From: Scyliorhinus canicula
Taxonomy: Eukaryota
Length of the DNA: 64,000 nt
NCBI RefSeq assembly: GCF_902713615.1
Contig: NW_024056028.1
Location: forward strand, 186,001-250,000
Direction: 5' to 3'
In this document: positions 10,560-22,200 of the stretch, one piece after another
How positions within the stretch are numbered: the first letter of the stretch is position 1
Layout of the letters: the number at the start of each line of letters is the position of its first letter
Translations under genes and position numbers: made by a program
The notes under the pieces: model-generated
The model's database searches: none
Told to the model about the DNA's origin: nothing
The model's input: only the letters and a program-made list of their open reading frames with translations

Positions 10560-10749
10560 TGAATCTCGGGGCTTTTCCAGTCACACTGAGACCTGAAATC
10601 TTCCCTCACAGACAGAACAGACAAACCTTTTACCTTCCACACACAGATGCTGCAGAAATTCAGGTTCTGATGAATCGAGTGACTCTGTCAGATCGCGATG
10701 TGACGTTTGGTTTGAGTTTCCCGTCTGTTAAACCTCCACTTCCAGTATC
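10560..10749 (-). pseudogene. Orphan ZNF coding-exon start
   Basis: Acceptor ttgacag at 10750-10751, then ILEVEV*QTGNSNQTSHRDLTESLDSSEPEF...FVCSVCEGRFQVSV*; homologous to the other ZNF leaders; truncated by a CR1 fragment. Confidence 0.75.
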
Positions 10750-10869
10750 CTGTCAATTTACAGAAACCTCACTGTCAGTTTAGGATAGAAATTCACAACA
10801 TTTTCTCCTCGCCAACTTTGATTAAACGTGTTCCTGGAGGTTTGATCACATGACCTGTCACCATCCTGG

Positions 10870-11052
10870 GTGGCGGTTTAGCACACTGGTCTAAATCGCT
10901 GGCTTTTAAAGCAGACCAAGGAAGGCCAGCAGCACGGTTCAATTCCCATACCAGCCTCCCTGAACAGGCGCCGGAATGTGGCGACTAGGGGCTTTTCACA
11001 GTAACTTCATTGAAGCCTACTTGTGACAATAAGCGATTTTCATTTTCATTTA
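10870..11052 (+). mobile_element. SINE family 2
   Basis: Matches 5301-5490. Confidence 0.75.
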
Positions 11053-11160
11053 ATTTCCTCCAGCCATTAATCGGTCAACACATCCATCCTTGTGACACAC
11101 TGCCTTCCTTGGCCAATTGGGAAGCAAAAGGACTCCTGACCTACCAGGAAAATGTTTGAC

Positions 11161-11385
11161 TTGGGCAGCACGGTGGTGCAGTGGTTAGCATTGCTGTCTC
11201 ACGGCGCTGACGTCACAGGTTTGATCCCGGCTCCGGGTCACTGACCGTGTGGAGTTTGCACATTTCACCCCCACAACCCAAAGATGTGGTTAGGTGGATT
11301 GGCTACGCTAAATTGCCCTTTCATTTGAAAAAATGAATTGGGAATTCTAAATTTATTTTTTAAAAAGTAAAAAAGATTGACTAAC
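11161..11385 (+). mobile_element. Short HE1 variant
   Basis: gggcagcacggtggtgcagtggttagca head. Confidence 0.85.
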
Positions 11386-11654
11386 AGCCAAACAACCTTT
11401 ATCCCCTTTTCAATATTTTTATATCCGCTGAAGAGAAATGTTCAAAATATTTTTTACTGATCTAGTGACCCAAAATTAATAGTTTTACTGTCCAAATCAT
11501 ATTCCAGAGTCACAAAGATATTTTGTACTGTCCCAATGATCTTCCAGGCACCCAGGTATGAATCTCACCAAGGCAGAAGGTAAAATTTGAATTCATTGAA
11601 ATTTTACTTTAAAAAAATAAATTGAGTGTACCCAATTCATTGTCGCGGGACGCC

Positions 11655-12255
11655 CGTTCATCCGCTGTTGCAGCGTCTGCATGGTCTAGCGAATGTACCA
11701 CGCTTCGGGGGCTTATTGGGGGTTTGTGAATCCTCCCCGCCCACCTGCCAGGGTTTCCTTCCCAGGCAGTTCCCTTCCAGTCGGAGAACACTTCAGCAGT
11801 CAAGGGCATTCAGCCTCTGATCTCCGGGTAAGCGTTCTAAGGCAGCCTTTAGGATGCGCGACAACGCAGAATTGCCGAGCAGACTTATATCCAAGTCCCG
11901 CACACATGAGTACGGCCTCAACTGGGACCTTGGATTCACCCCTCCACCATCTGGCCTGGGCTTGCGAAATGCTACCAACTGTCCAGGCTTGAGACAATTC
12001 ATACTTCTTTAACCTGGATTCCCCCTATCTCTGGATCTGTCAAGACTTAATTACCTGCAAATGCTCGCATTCAAAGCATTGCCTGGCATCTTTGACTTTC
12101 CTTATGTATATATTTCTGGAACATACCTCTTCATTCACCTGAGGAAGGAGCAGTGCTCCAAAAGCTAGTGATTTGAAACACACCTATTGAACTTTAACCT
12201 GGTGTCAGGCTTCTTACTGAGTTCACCCCAGTCCAACGCCGGCATCTCCACATCA
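11655..12255 (+). mobile_element. Penelope-like element 3' end (GIY-YIG C-terminus plus terminal repeat), with an inverted piece
   Basis: SLPVGEHFSSQGHSASDLRVSVL peptide; terminal cattcacctgaggaaggagcag...ccagtccaacgccggcatctccacatc; family assignment from memory. Confidence 0.65.
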
Positions 12256-12260
12256 CAGTG

Positions 12261-12805
12261 TCACAATGCCCAGGGACTGATTGACGGCAGGTTCGGACCA
12301 ATAGAAAGAGGGAGCGGAGCTGGAGGACCGAACAAGGGCGGCTTGTCCTCCAGCCAATCAGAGTGAATGGGAGGCGGAGCAAAGCCGTTCCTCTCGCTCC
12401 CTCCGCATGCGCCCGGCCACCCGGGCCTGTCTCGGGAAAAAGCCTGAGCAGCGATCACCAATTCAACTCCCATATCCGAGCTTCGTAATCCGAATTTGGG
12501 GCCTACACGGAGTGTTTATGAAACCTCCCGACCCATCCACCAGCTCCATCCCTCCCTTTTCACTCACCCGAGCTGAAATTGACCGGTTGAGAACTTCCAC
12601 CCGACAGCCGAAATCCTGATCTATCATCGGCACTGCGCATGCTCCAATAAAGGATGGTGATTGGGGCTCAGTCACGTCCCTGATTCACCTGATTGGCTGG
12701 AGGAGCAGCTGGGTCCTCCAGCCCCGCCAGTTTCTTTCTATTGGTCCAGGGCTGCCGTCAATCACTCCCCGGGCATGGTGATGTGGAGCATGCGCAGTGC
12801 CGATG
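12261..12805. promoter_or_regulatory. Bidirectional CCAAT (NF-Y) / NRF1-type promoter with an inverted duplicate module
   Basis: CpG-rich; several CCAAT/ATTGG boxes; perfect 22-bp inverted repeat containing TGCGCATG at 12625-12646 and 12784-12805; modules 12261-12368 and 12683-12781 are inverted homologues. Confidence 0.75.
12568..12645 (-). other. Putative non-coding first exon of a minus-strand ZNF transcript
   Basis: GTGAGT donor at 12562-12567; downstream intron homologous to 23209-23290 (ggaggttt(c/t)ataaacac...gg(c/t)cccaa); 5' limit is a guess. Confidence 0.55.
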
Positions 12806-12965
12806 CAGGACTCAGCCGGGAGGTTTCACCGGAATCAAACCCGTGTCCCTTTTGCTGTGAAGCAATCACTGTGTCATCGTGGGGTACAGGAGCAGAGGTA
12901 CCTATGTGTATATGTGCAGAAGTCATTAAAGGTGGTAGGATAGGTGAAGAGAACAGTTAAGGCAT

Positions 12966-13245
12966 ATGGGTGAGCACGGTAGCTTCACAGCTCCAGGTTC
13001 GATTCCCAGCTGGGTCACTGTCTGTGTGGAGTCGGCACGCTCTACCTGTGTCTGCATGACTTCCCTCCGGGTGCTCCAGTTTCCTCCCACAATTCCCGAA
13101 AGACGTGTTTGTTAGGTGAATTGCACATTCTGAATTCTCCTTCCGTGAACCCGAACAGGTGCCAGAATGTGATGACTACGAACTTTTCACAGTAACTTCG
13201 TTGCAGTGTTAATGTAAGCCTACTTGTGTCAATAAAAATTATTAA
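12966..13245 (+). mobile_element. HE1 SINE variant
   Basis: HE1 core plus gcctacttgtgtcaataa tail. Confidence 0.85.
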
Positions 13246-13599
13246 AGGTTATTATAATATTCTATAATAAGGGCATGGAGTACAGTAGCAAGCTGGTTAT
13301 GCTGAACTTATATGAGACACTAGCTGGACCACAGTTGGAATATTGTGTACCGTTCTGGGTGCCACAGATTCTGCTGTTAATCACATCCAGGACTGACAGT
13401 TCCTGACATTTGGTACAGGAAGGTCAGGGTTTCCCTCTCGACTGGTCGGTCTTCCAATTTTCACTCCAGTGGACTGATTCTCTTTGAGCAAGAGCACATT
13501 TCCACTGCAATGATCTGCAAATGCAGATATAGTACATTAATTTTATCCTGTTTAGTAAATAGTCTTTCGCCTACCGCAAAAGGTGTCCTGTCTTGTCTT

Positions 13600-14150
13600 T
13601 CATCCGCCCTCATTCCGAGTGTTGGCCGCTGTCTAGACAGTCTTTCTCACTGATTTCTCCACTGCTCTCACTGCTTGTCCCAATGAGAGGCCAGTCCACA
13701 TTCTGATACTATCCACCTAGGCCACCTTGGGCTTTCCTTGTGCACAGTTTCTAGGTGCCTGGCATTACCTCTTTTTCCAAACACTCCCTTCCTATTCACA
13801 ACACATGTCCAAAGTACGTGAGCTTCCTTGATATCACTGCCTCAAACAGGTTCCTCTGAACACCAGCTTTCTCCAGCTCCCACTCATTCATCCACTTTGC
13901 CGTCCATGACACACAGAATACCCGTCTGAGTCCTTTCAATTCAAACACTTTTATTGGAGCCTCGTCCGGCTTCTTGATGCTGCAGCTTTCACAGCCGCAC
14001 ATTGTCACCGGCCACACAAGGGCTTCCAGAAGATGAATGTTCATTGTAACCCAGATGCTGCGACTGCTCCACACTCTTTAAGTGAGATCACAACACCATG
14101 ACCCTTCAGTCTGGCCTGAACATATTTGGTAGACTCTGGGGAGTGGGAAG
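13600..14150 (-). mobile_element. RTE-clade (BovB-like) LINE C-terminal fragment
   Basis: ORF 13796-14074 LLEALVWPVTMCGCESCSIKK...FELKGLRRVFCVSWTAK..NEW.LEKAG..RKLTYFGHV matches the RTE post-RT region. Confidence 0.75.
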
Positions 14151-14254
14151 TCAATACAGTTCCAAAAACAAAGTAGCAGGATAGAGAGTAAAGAAATAGT
14201 CCGGAACCGAAGTTCAGGAAGTGCAGCCAATGGCAAAATGCCAATAAGTATAAA

Positions 14255-14475
14255 GGTGGCACAGTGGTTAGCACTGCTCTCTCATGGTGCAGGGGACCCG
14301 GGTTCGATCCCGGCCGCGGGTCACTGTCCGTGTGGAGTTTGCACATTCTCCTTATATCTGCGTGGGTCTCACTCGACCAATCCCAAAAGATATGCAGGGT
14401 ACGTACGTGGATTGGCCATGCTAAATTGTCCCTTAATTGGAAAAATAATTGTGTACTCTAAATATTAAAAAAATA
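14255..14475 (+). mobile_element. Short HE1 variant
   Basis: ggtggcacagtggttagcactgc head; gtgtactctaaat tail. Confidence 0.85.
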
Positions 14476-14559
14476 ACTACGGTGAGTATACTGGTTAAAC
14501 CAAAAGAGGTAAATAATAAACAAGTGAATAAAGCAACAGTCTGAGGGGCATGTTGGGGT

Positions 14560-17140
14560 CTCGCTGAAGTAAGAGATAGACAAACTAATGCACGGAGCGT
14601 AAGGAATAAACTAGATGAGCTTGTTGCTCATTCTGGGTGAGTGTGCTTTACACTCAATTTGGCTCTGTTTCGTTACTTAGCTTTGTAGTCGCCAGGTATT
14701 GTTAAGATACCGCCACAAGTTTCAAGGTCAAGTTCAAAGCAATAAAACCATACACCAATTAGTAAGTTCAAACAAATGAGTTTATTATAATACAATTATA
14801 AACTACTCATTCACACGCTAAAGTGACTAAACTATTCCTACCACTAAATAGACCGATATTTATCTGAATAAGGAACTGCCGGATCAGGGGACAAGGGCCT
14901 CTTGCTCTGCACTGGGCCCGCAGACTTCAGGTTGGTACGGGTTAAAAGGGGTCAGGAGTGTCTATCTCTGGTAGCGATCGTTGTGAGACACTTACTTGCT
15001 GGCGGCTGCTGTCCGAACCTCTCCTCTCTCTCGGTCAAGGTCTTCTTCGGTAAAGGCTGATCGAGAGGGCTGGTCAAGAGAGGAGGGCTGGTCAAGAAGA
15101 ACGAACTGAGTTTGGGACCTGTCTTTTATAGATCCCAGGGCTTCGCGCCCTTTTGGGCGGACCCTCTATCTGCTGGGGATCGATTGGGTCTCTTCCCAAT
15201 CGATTTGTTTGAATCCCCCCAATACTAAGGCTGTCCCTCGACTACTGGGCGGGCCTTCAGGTGCTTTGTCTTCGAACCCCGCTGGTGCCGGGGTGTCTGG
15301 CTTCCCATACAATGTTGCAATCACTTCCCTATTTGTGCCCTTTGTCCCTGGGATCGTTCCATTACTATGCTAACTATCCCGGAGATTGCTTCATTAGTAT
15401 GTGGAATGTTCGTTTCGGTGCTGTCTGCTCTCTTAGCAGACAGAATACACATTGGCTTGGTGCAGCCTGCTTGTGCTGCAAACTTTGTCCATTTTACCCT
15501 GCAAGCTTTGCGTTCCTCCATTTTGTATTGAGGGAATGGCAAACTTCGGTGGCTACAAGCTGCAGGTGCAAATTCTAATTAAAGATTATGATGCAATAAG
15601 TATTACAGAGACATGGCTGCAGGATGGTCGGGACTGGGAACTAAATAAAGCTGATTATAAAGTTTGCAGGAGGGACGGGGAAGATGGCAGAGAGGGCGGA
15701 GTAGTCTTACTGATTAGATATACTGTCTCCTCTATGGTGAGGGAGGATAAATGGAGGGAAAGAATCCAGTGGAGAGCATATTGGTGGAACTGAAGAACAG
15801 AAAAATATCTAAAACTGTAATGGGTGTTGTGCATCGATGCCCTGTTGGCAGTTCCGAGTGTTAGATTGTGTAAATGCAGAAATTAGGCATGTGTGTAACA
15901 AAGGCAGAGTAGTATTAATGGGGGATTTTAACTTACACACAGATTGGGAGAGGCAGACAAGCAGCTGTCAGAAAGGTGGTAAATTTCTGGAATGTGTCCG
16001 GGATAGTTTCCTGCAGTAATATGTTCCAGATGTAACAAGGGGACAGGCTATATTAGATTTAGTTCTGAGTAATGAATCATATTTAATTAGTAGACTAACT
16101 GTGCGGGAACATTTATCAAATAGTGATCACAACATGACTGAATACAATGTTGGGTTTCAAAGTGAAAAACACAAATCATATACTCGAATTTTAGACTTGG
16201 GTAAGGCTGATTTTAATGGAACGAAACAGAGACCGTCCACGGTAAACCAGGAACATCTGTTAATGGGTCAAACAACTGAAGATCTGTGGAGAATATTTAA
16301 ATAAACATTTAATGAGATACAGAGCAAGTGTGTACCCCTCAGAGGAAAAGGCTCCACTTCACACAAAAAAACAGTCCTGGACAACTGAAGAAGTTTGGGA
16401 CAGCATAAAAGTAAAAGTGAGGGCTTACAAAAATGCAAAACTTGCACAGATCCGGACAAATGGGAGAGATACAAAGACCAGCAAAGGGTCACAAAGCAGA
16501 TTATAAGGGCTAAAAGGGATTATGAAAGGAAACTTGTAAGGCACATCAAAATCAAAAAGAAGACTTTTTATAGTTATATGAAGGAAAAGCGGGTGGACAA
16601 GAGTAATGTAGTCCCACTAAAAGCTGAAAATGGGGATATTGTCAGTGATCATGGGGAAATGGCAGACATGTTGAACAATTAGTTTGTCTCGGTGTTTACA
16701 GTTGAAAAGGAGGATACTTTTCCGGAAGTCCCATAAAAATGACTAGTTGATAGAGAACAGGGATTTCATACAATTAACGTAAGTATAGCATCAGTAACTA
16801 GGAAATTAATGGCACTAAAGAGTGACAAATCCCCAGGACCTGACGGGTTCCATCCGAGGGTGTTAAAGAAAGTAGGGGAGCACATTGAAGATACCCGAAC
16901 TATAATGTTCCAGAGTTCCCTCGATTCACGAATAGTCCCTCTGGATTGGAAAATTGCACATGTCACTCCACTTTTAAGAAGGGTGAATGGGGGAAACAGG
17001 GAATTACAGATGGGTTAGCCGAATATCTGTGGTGGGGAAATTGCTGGTCTATAATCAGGAATGGGTAGCTGAACAGCTCGAAAAGCTTTGGTCAATCAGG
17101 GGACCCAGCATGGATTCATGAAGGGAAAGTCATGCCTGCA
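14560..17140 (+). mobile_element. Decayed CR1 ORF2 (endonuclease to N-terminal RT), split by a solo LTR
   Basis: NARSVRNKLDEL|QVQ..DYDAISITETWL, VLMGDFNL, SDHN, KSPGPDGFHPRVLK motifs. Confidence 0.9.
14622..15557 (-). mobile_element. 936-bp solo LTR (ERV or Gypsy)
   Basis: TG...CA ends (tgttgc/gctaca); 4-bp TSD agct at 14618-14621 and 15558-15561; minus-strand TATAAAA 15124-15130 and AATAAA 14781-14786; removing it restores the CR1 frame LDEL-QVQ. Confidence 0.88.
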
Positions 17141-18368
17141 CATGAACACTCAGTTTGAGTTCCATCAAGGTAAATTGGCTCCTGACCTCATTACAGCCTT
17201 GATTCAAACACGAAAAAAGAGCTGAATGCCAGAGTTGAGATGAGAGTGACTGCCCTTGACAGCAAGGAGCCTGAGCAGAACTGGAGTGAATGGGAATCGG
17301 GGGAATACTCGCCGCTGGTTGGAGTCATACCCGGTACAACGGAAGATGGTTATGGTGGTTGGAGGTCAATCATCTCCGCTCAAGGGTTCCTCAGGGTAGT
17401 GTCCTCGGCCCAACCATCTGCAGCTGCTTCATCATTGACCTCCCTTCCATCATAAGGTCAGATGTGGGATGCTCGCAGAAGACTGGACAATGTTCAGCAC
17501 CATTTGTGACTTCTCAGATAATGAAGCAGTCCATGTTCAAATGCAGCAAGACCTGGGCAATATCAAGGCTTGGCCTGAGAAGTGGCAAGATACATTCACA
17601 TCACACAAGTGCCAGGCAATGACCATCTCCTACAAGAGAGGATCTATCCATCACCCCTTGATATTCAATGGCATTACCATCACTGAATCCTCCAAAATCA
17701 ACATCATGTGGTTTACTATTGATCAGAAACTGAACTGGACTAGCCATATTAATACTGTGGCTACCAGAGCAGATCAAAGGCTACAAATCCTATGAAGTAA
17801 CTCACCTCCTGACCACCCCCCTCCCCTCCCCCTCACACCACACCCCTCAAGGCCTGCCCACCATCTACAAGTCACAAGTCAGGAGTGTAATGGAATACTC
17901 TCCACTTGCCTGGATGAGTGAAGCTCCAACAACACTAAAAAACTTAAACACCATCCAGGACAAAGCAACCCGCTTGATTGCTCCCCCTTCCACTAACATT
18001 CAACCCCTCCATCACCGACGAACAGTGGCAGCAGTATGTACTATCTACAAGATGCACTGCAATAACTCGCTAAGGTTCCTTTGGCAGCACCTTCCAGAGC
18101 CACAACCACTACCATCCAGAAGGATAAGAGCAGCAGATACCTGGGAACTCCACCACCTGGAGGCTCCCTCCAAGTCACTTGCCACCCCGACTTGGAAATA
18201 TATTGCCTTTCCTTCACAGTCGCTGGGCCGAAATCCTGGAACTCCACTCTAACAGCACTATGGGTGTACCTACACTTCAGTTACTGCAGCAGTTCAAGAA
18301 GGCAGCTCCATCACCTTCTGAAAGGCAACTAGGGATGTACAATAAATGCCTAACCAGTGACACCCACA
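17140..18368 (+). mobile_element. CR1/L2-group LINE 3' portion (second family)
   Basis: [23 protein letters not shown] and MEYSPLAWMSEAPTTLKNLNTIQDKA peptides; AATAAA-containing tail. Confidence 0.75.
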
Positions 18369-20565
18369 TAGAACATAGAACATTACAGCGCAGTACAGGC
18401 CCTTCGGCCCTCCATGTTGTGCCGACCTGTAAAACCCTCTAAAGCCCATCTACACTATTCTCTTATCATCCATATGTCTATCCAATGACCATTTGAATGC
18501 CCTTAGTGTTGGCATTCCACACCCTGAGTAAAGAACCTACCTCTGACATCTGTCCTATATCTATCTTTCCTCAATTTAAAGCTAAGTCCCCTCGTGCTAG
18601 ACATCACCATCCGAGGAAAAAGGCTCTCACTGTCCACACTATCTCATCCTCTGATCATCTTGTATGCCTCAATTAAGTCACCTCTTAACCTTCTTCTCTA
18701 AAGAAAACCGTCAAGTCCCTCAGCCTTCCCTCATAAGATCTTCCCTCCATACCAGGCAACATTCTGGTAAATCTTCTCTGCAGCCTTTCCAATGCTTCCT
18801 CATCCTTCTTATAATGTGGCGACCAGAATTGCACGCAATATCCAAATACGGCCGCACCAGAGTTTTGTACAGCTGCAACATGACCTCATGGCTCCGAAAC
18901 TCAATCCCTCTACCAATAAAAGCTAACACACTGTACGCCTTCTTAACAACCCCCTCAACCTGGGTGGCAACTTTCAGGGATCTTTGTACATGGACACCGA
19001 GATCTCTGCTCATCCACACTACCAAGAATCTTACCATTAGCCCAGTACTCTGTCTTCCTGTTATTCCTTCCAAAATGAATCACCTCTCACTTTTCTGCAT
19101 TAAACTCCATTTGCCACCTCTCAGCCCAGCTCTGTAACTTATCTACATCCCTCTGTAACTTGTAACATCCTTCCGCACTGTCCACAACTCCACCGACTTT
19201 AGTGTCATCTGCAAATTTACTCACCCATCCTTCTACGCCCTCCTCCAGGTCATTTATAAAAATGACAAACAGCAGTGGCCCCAAAACAGATCCTTGTGGT
19301 ACACCACTAGTAACTGGAATCCAGTGTGAACATTTCCCATCAACCACCACCCTTTGTCTTCTTCCAGCTAGCCAATTTCTGATCCAAACTGCTAAATCAC
19401 CCTGAATCTCATGCCTCTGTATTTTCTGCAATAGCCTACCGTGGGGAACCTTATCAAAAGCTTTACTGAAATCCATATACACCACATCAACTGCTTTACC
19501 CTCATCCACCTGTTTGGTCACCTTCTCGAAGAATTCCATGAGGTTTGTGAGGCACGACCTACCTTCACAAAACCGTGTTGAGTATCTCTAATCAAATTAT
19601 TCCTTTCCAGATGATTATACATCCTATCTCTTATAAACCTTTCCAAGACTTTTCCCACAACAGAAGTAAGGCTCCCTGGTCTATAGTTACCGGGGTTGTC
19701 TCTACTCCCCTTCTTGAACAAGGACACAACATTTGCTATCCTTTAGTCTTCTGGCACTATTCCTGTAGACAAAGATGACTTAAAGATCAAAGCCAAAGGC
19801 TCAGCAATCTCCTCCCTAGATTCCCAGAGAATCCTAGGATAAATCCCATCCGGCTCAGGGGACTTATCTATTTTCACACTTTCTAGAATTGCTAACACCT
19901 CCTCATTATGAACCTCAAGCCCTTCTAGTCTAGTAGCCTGTATCTCAGTATTCTCCTCGACAACATTGACTTTTTCCTGTCTGAATACTGACGCAAAATA
20001 TTCATTTAGCACCTCTCCTATCTCCTCGGACTCCACGCACAACTTCCCACTACTGTCCTTGACTGGCCCTACTCTTACCCTAGTTGTCCTTTTATTCCTG
20101 AAATATCAATAGAAAGCTTTAGGGTTATCCTTGATCCTACCTGCCAAAGACTTTTCATGTCCCCATCTGGCTCTTCTAAGCTCTCTCTTTAGAGCCTTCC
20201 TAGCTAACTTGTAACTCTCGAGCGCCCTAACTGAACCTTCACGTCTCATCTTTACATAAGCTTCCTTCTTCCTCTTGACAAGTGTTTCAACTACTTTTGT
20301 AAACCATGGTTCCCTCGCTCGACCACTTCCTCCCTGCCTGACAGGCACATACTTATCAAAGACATGCACTACCTGTTCCTTGAACAAGCTCCACATTTCA
20401 ATTGTGCCCATCCCCTGCCGTTTCCCTCCCCATCCGATGCATCCTAAGACTTACCTCATCGCATCATAATTGCCTGTCCCCCAGATATAACTCTTGCCCT
20501 GTGGTATATACGTATCCCTTTCCATCACTAAAGTAAACGTAATCGAATTGTGATCACTATCACAT
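18369..20565 (-). mobile_element. CR1 LINE, 5'-truncated, disrupted ORF2
   Basis: ORFs 19087-19539 ([28 protein letters not shown]), 18720-19073, 19743-20042 and 20106-20411; atagaacatagaac tail. Confidence 0.95.
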
Positions 20566-20716
20566 CCTGTAAGTTAATTTTTAAGAAATGTTATTGAATT
20601 TTTTGAAGATGTGACGAAGGTAGTGGACAGTAGAATGTCTATGGATTTTATCTATATGAACTTCCAGAAGGCATTTGACAAAGTTCCACATGAGAGACTG
20701 TCAACTAAAGTGGAAG

Positions 20717-20997
20717 GCCCGGGGGTAGTGTCTTGGTTGGGTGACCTGTACGACTTCCTGTGATTAGAGAAGAGAAGATAAAGAATGAGTTAAGGGGCTC
20801 TTTAGGGGGGGTTAAAAGACAGCTGAGGAATGTTTGTGACCGTGTTTGAGGGGCTGTTTGTTGCAGGGGAGTGGGGGTGAAAAAGCGGAAAAATCTGTAC
20901 AGACTGTACAGTTGATTGTTGGGAAGTATGTTTAAGGAGTGTTTGTTCGCTGTAAACTGTTTTGATACATGTTTGTAATAAAATACATTTAAAAAAC
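20717..20997 (+). mobile_element. 5'-truncated L1/Tx1-like 3' end
   Basis: 7-bp TSD gtggaag at 20710-20716 and 20998-21004; ends aataaaatacatttaaaaaac like the L1 end at 40420-40446. Confidence 0.6.
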
Positions 20998-21902
20998 GTG
21001 GAAGTCCATGAAGTTGAGGGCAAATTATTGACATGGTTAGGAAATTGTTTAGCTGACAGGCGAACGAGGGTGAGGATAATTGGTAAGTATTCTAATTGGT
21101 ATGATGTGACTCGTGGTGTACCACAGGGATCTGTGAGGGGCCTCAATTATTCACACTATTCATTAATGACTTGAATGATGGCATAGAAAGATGAATCCAA
21201 ATTTACTGGTGGTACAAAGTTAGGTGACATTGTCGACAGTCCAGATGATTGCATAAAATTGCAAGGAGATAGTGACAGACTTGGGAAATGTGCAAAAGTG
21301 TGGCAGATTGAATTTAATGTCAGCAAGTTTCAGGTTACCCATTTTGGACCGAAAAGGATAGAGCAGAGTACTTTCTAAATGGATAGAGATTACATACAAT
21401 TTGTGTCCAAATAGACTTGGGGTTAAGGTGCACAGATCCTTAAAATGCTATGAACAAATGTAGAAAATGATCAAAAGGCTAATGGAATGCTAGCCTTTAT
21501 ATCTAGAGGATTGCAGTACAGAGACACAGAGCTTATGATGCAACTATACAACACCCTGTTTAGACCCCACTTGGAATACTGTGAGCAGTTCTGGGCACCA
21601 CACCTCAGGAAGGATATATTAGCGTTGAAGGGATTGCAACATATGTTTACAATAATGATAACTGGACTACAGAGGTTAAGTTACAGGAGAGATTACACAA
21701 ATTAGGCCTATTTTACATGAATTTAGAAAGTTAAGGGGTGATCTGATCGAAGTATTCAAGATACTAATAGGGAAAGACCGAGTAGATAAAAATAAAATAA
21801 TTATACTGCTGGGCAATTAGAAAACTAGGGGCAGAGTCTAACGATTCGGGTGAGACAGTTCAGGAGAGGTGTTTGGAAACACCTCTTCACTTAAAGGTTC
21901 AT

Positions 21903-22200
21903 GGTAGCACAGTGGGTAGCACTGTTGCTTCACAGCTCCAGGGTCTTGGGTTCGATTCCCGGGCTTGGGTTACTGTCTATGTGGAGTCTGCACATTCTCC
22001 CTCTGTTCGCATGGGTTTCTTCCTGGTGCTCCGGTTTCCTCCCACAAGTCCCAAAAGACGTGCTGTTAGGTCATTTGGACATTCTGAATTCTCCCTCTGT
22101 TTACCCAAACAGGCGCCGGAATGTGACGACTCGGGGCTTTTCACAATAACTTCATGATAGTGTTAATGTAAGCCTACTTGTGACAATAAAGATTATTAAA
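21903..22200 (+). mobile_element. HE1 SINE variant
   Basis: HE1 core plus gcctacttgtgacaataaagattatta tail. Confidence 0.88.

Noticed and set aside
12254-12290. RSS heptamer CACAGTG (also near 53590 and elsewhere)
   Set aside because: No ACAAAAACC-like nonamer at 12- or 22/23-bp spacing and no adjacent V, D or J coding sequence.
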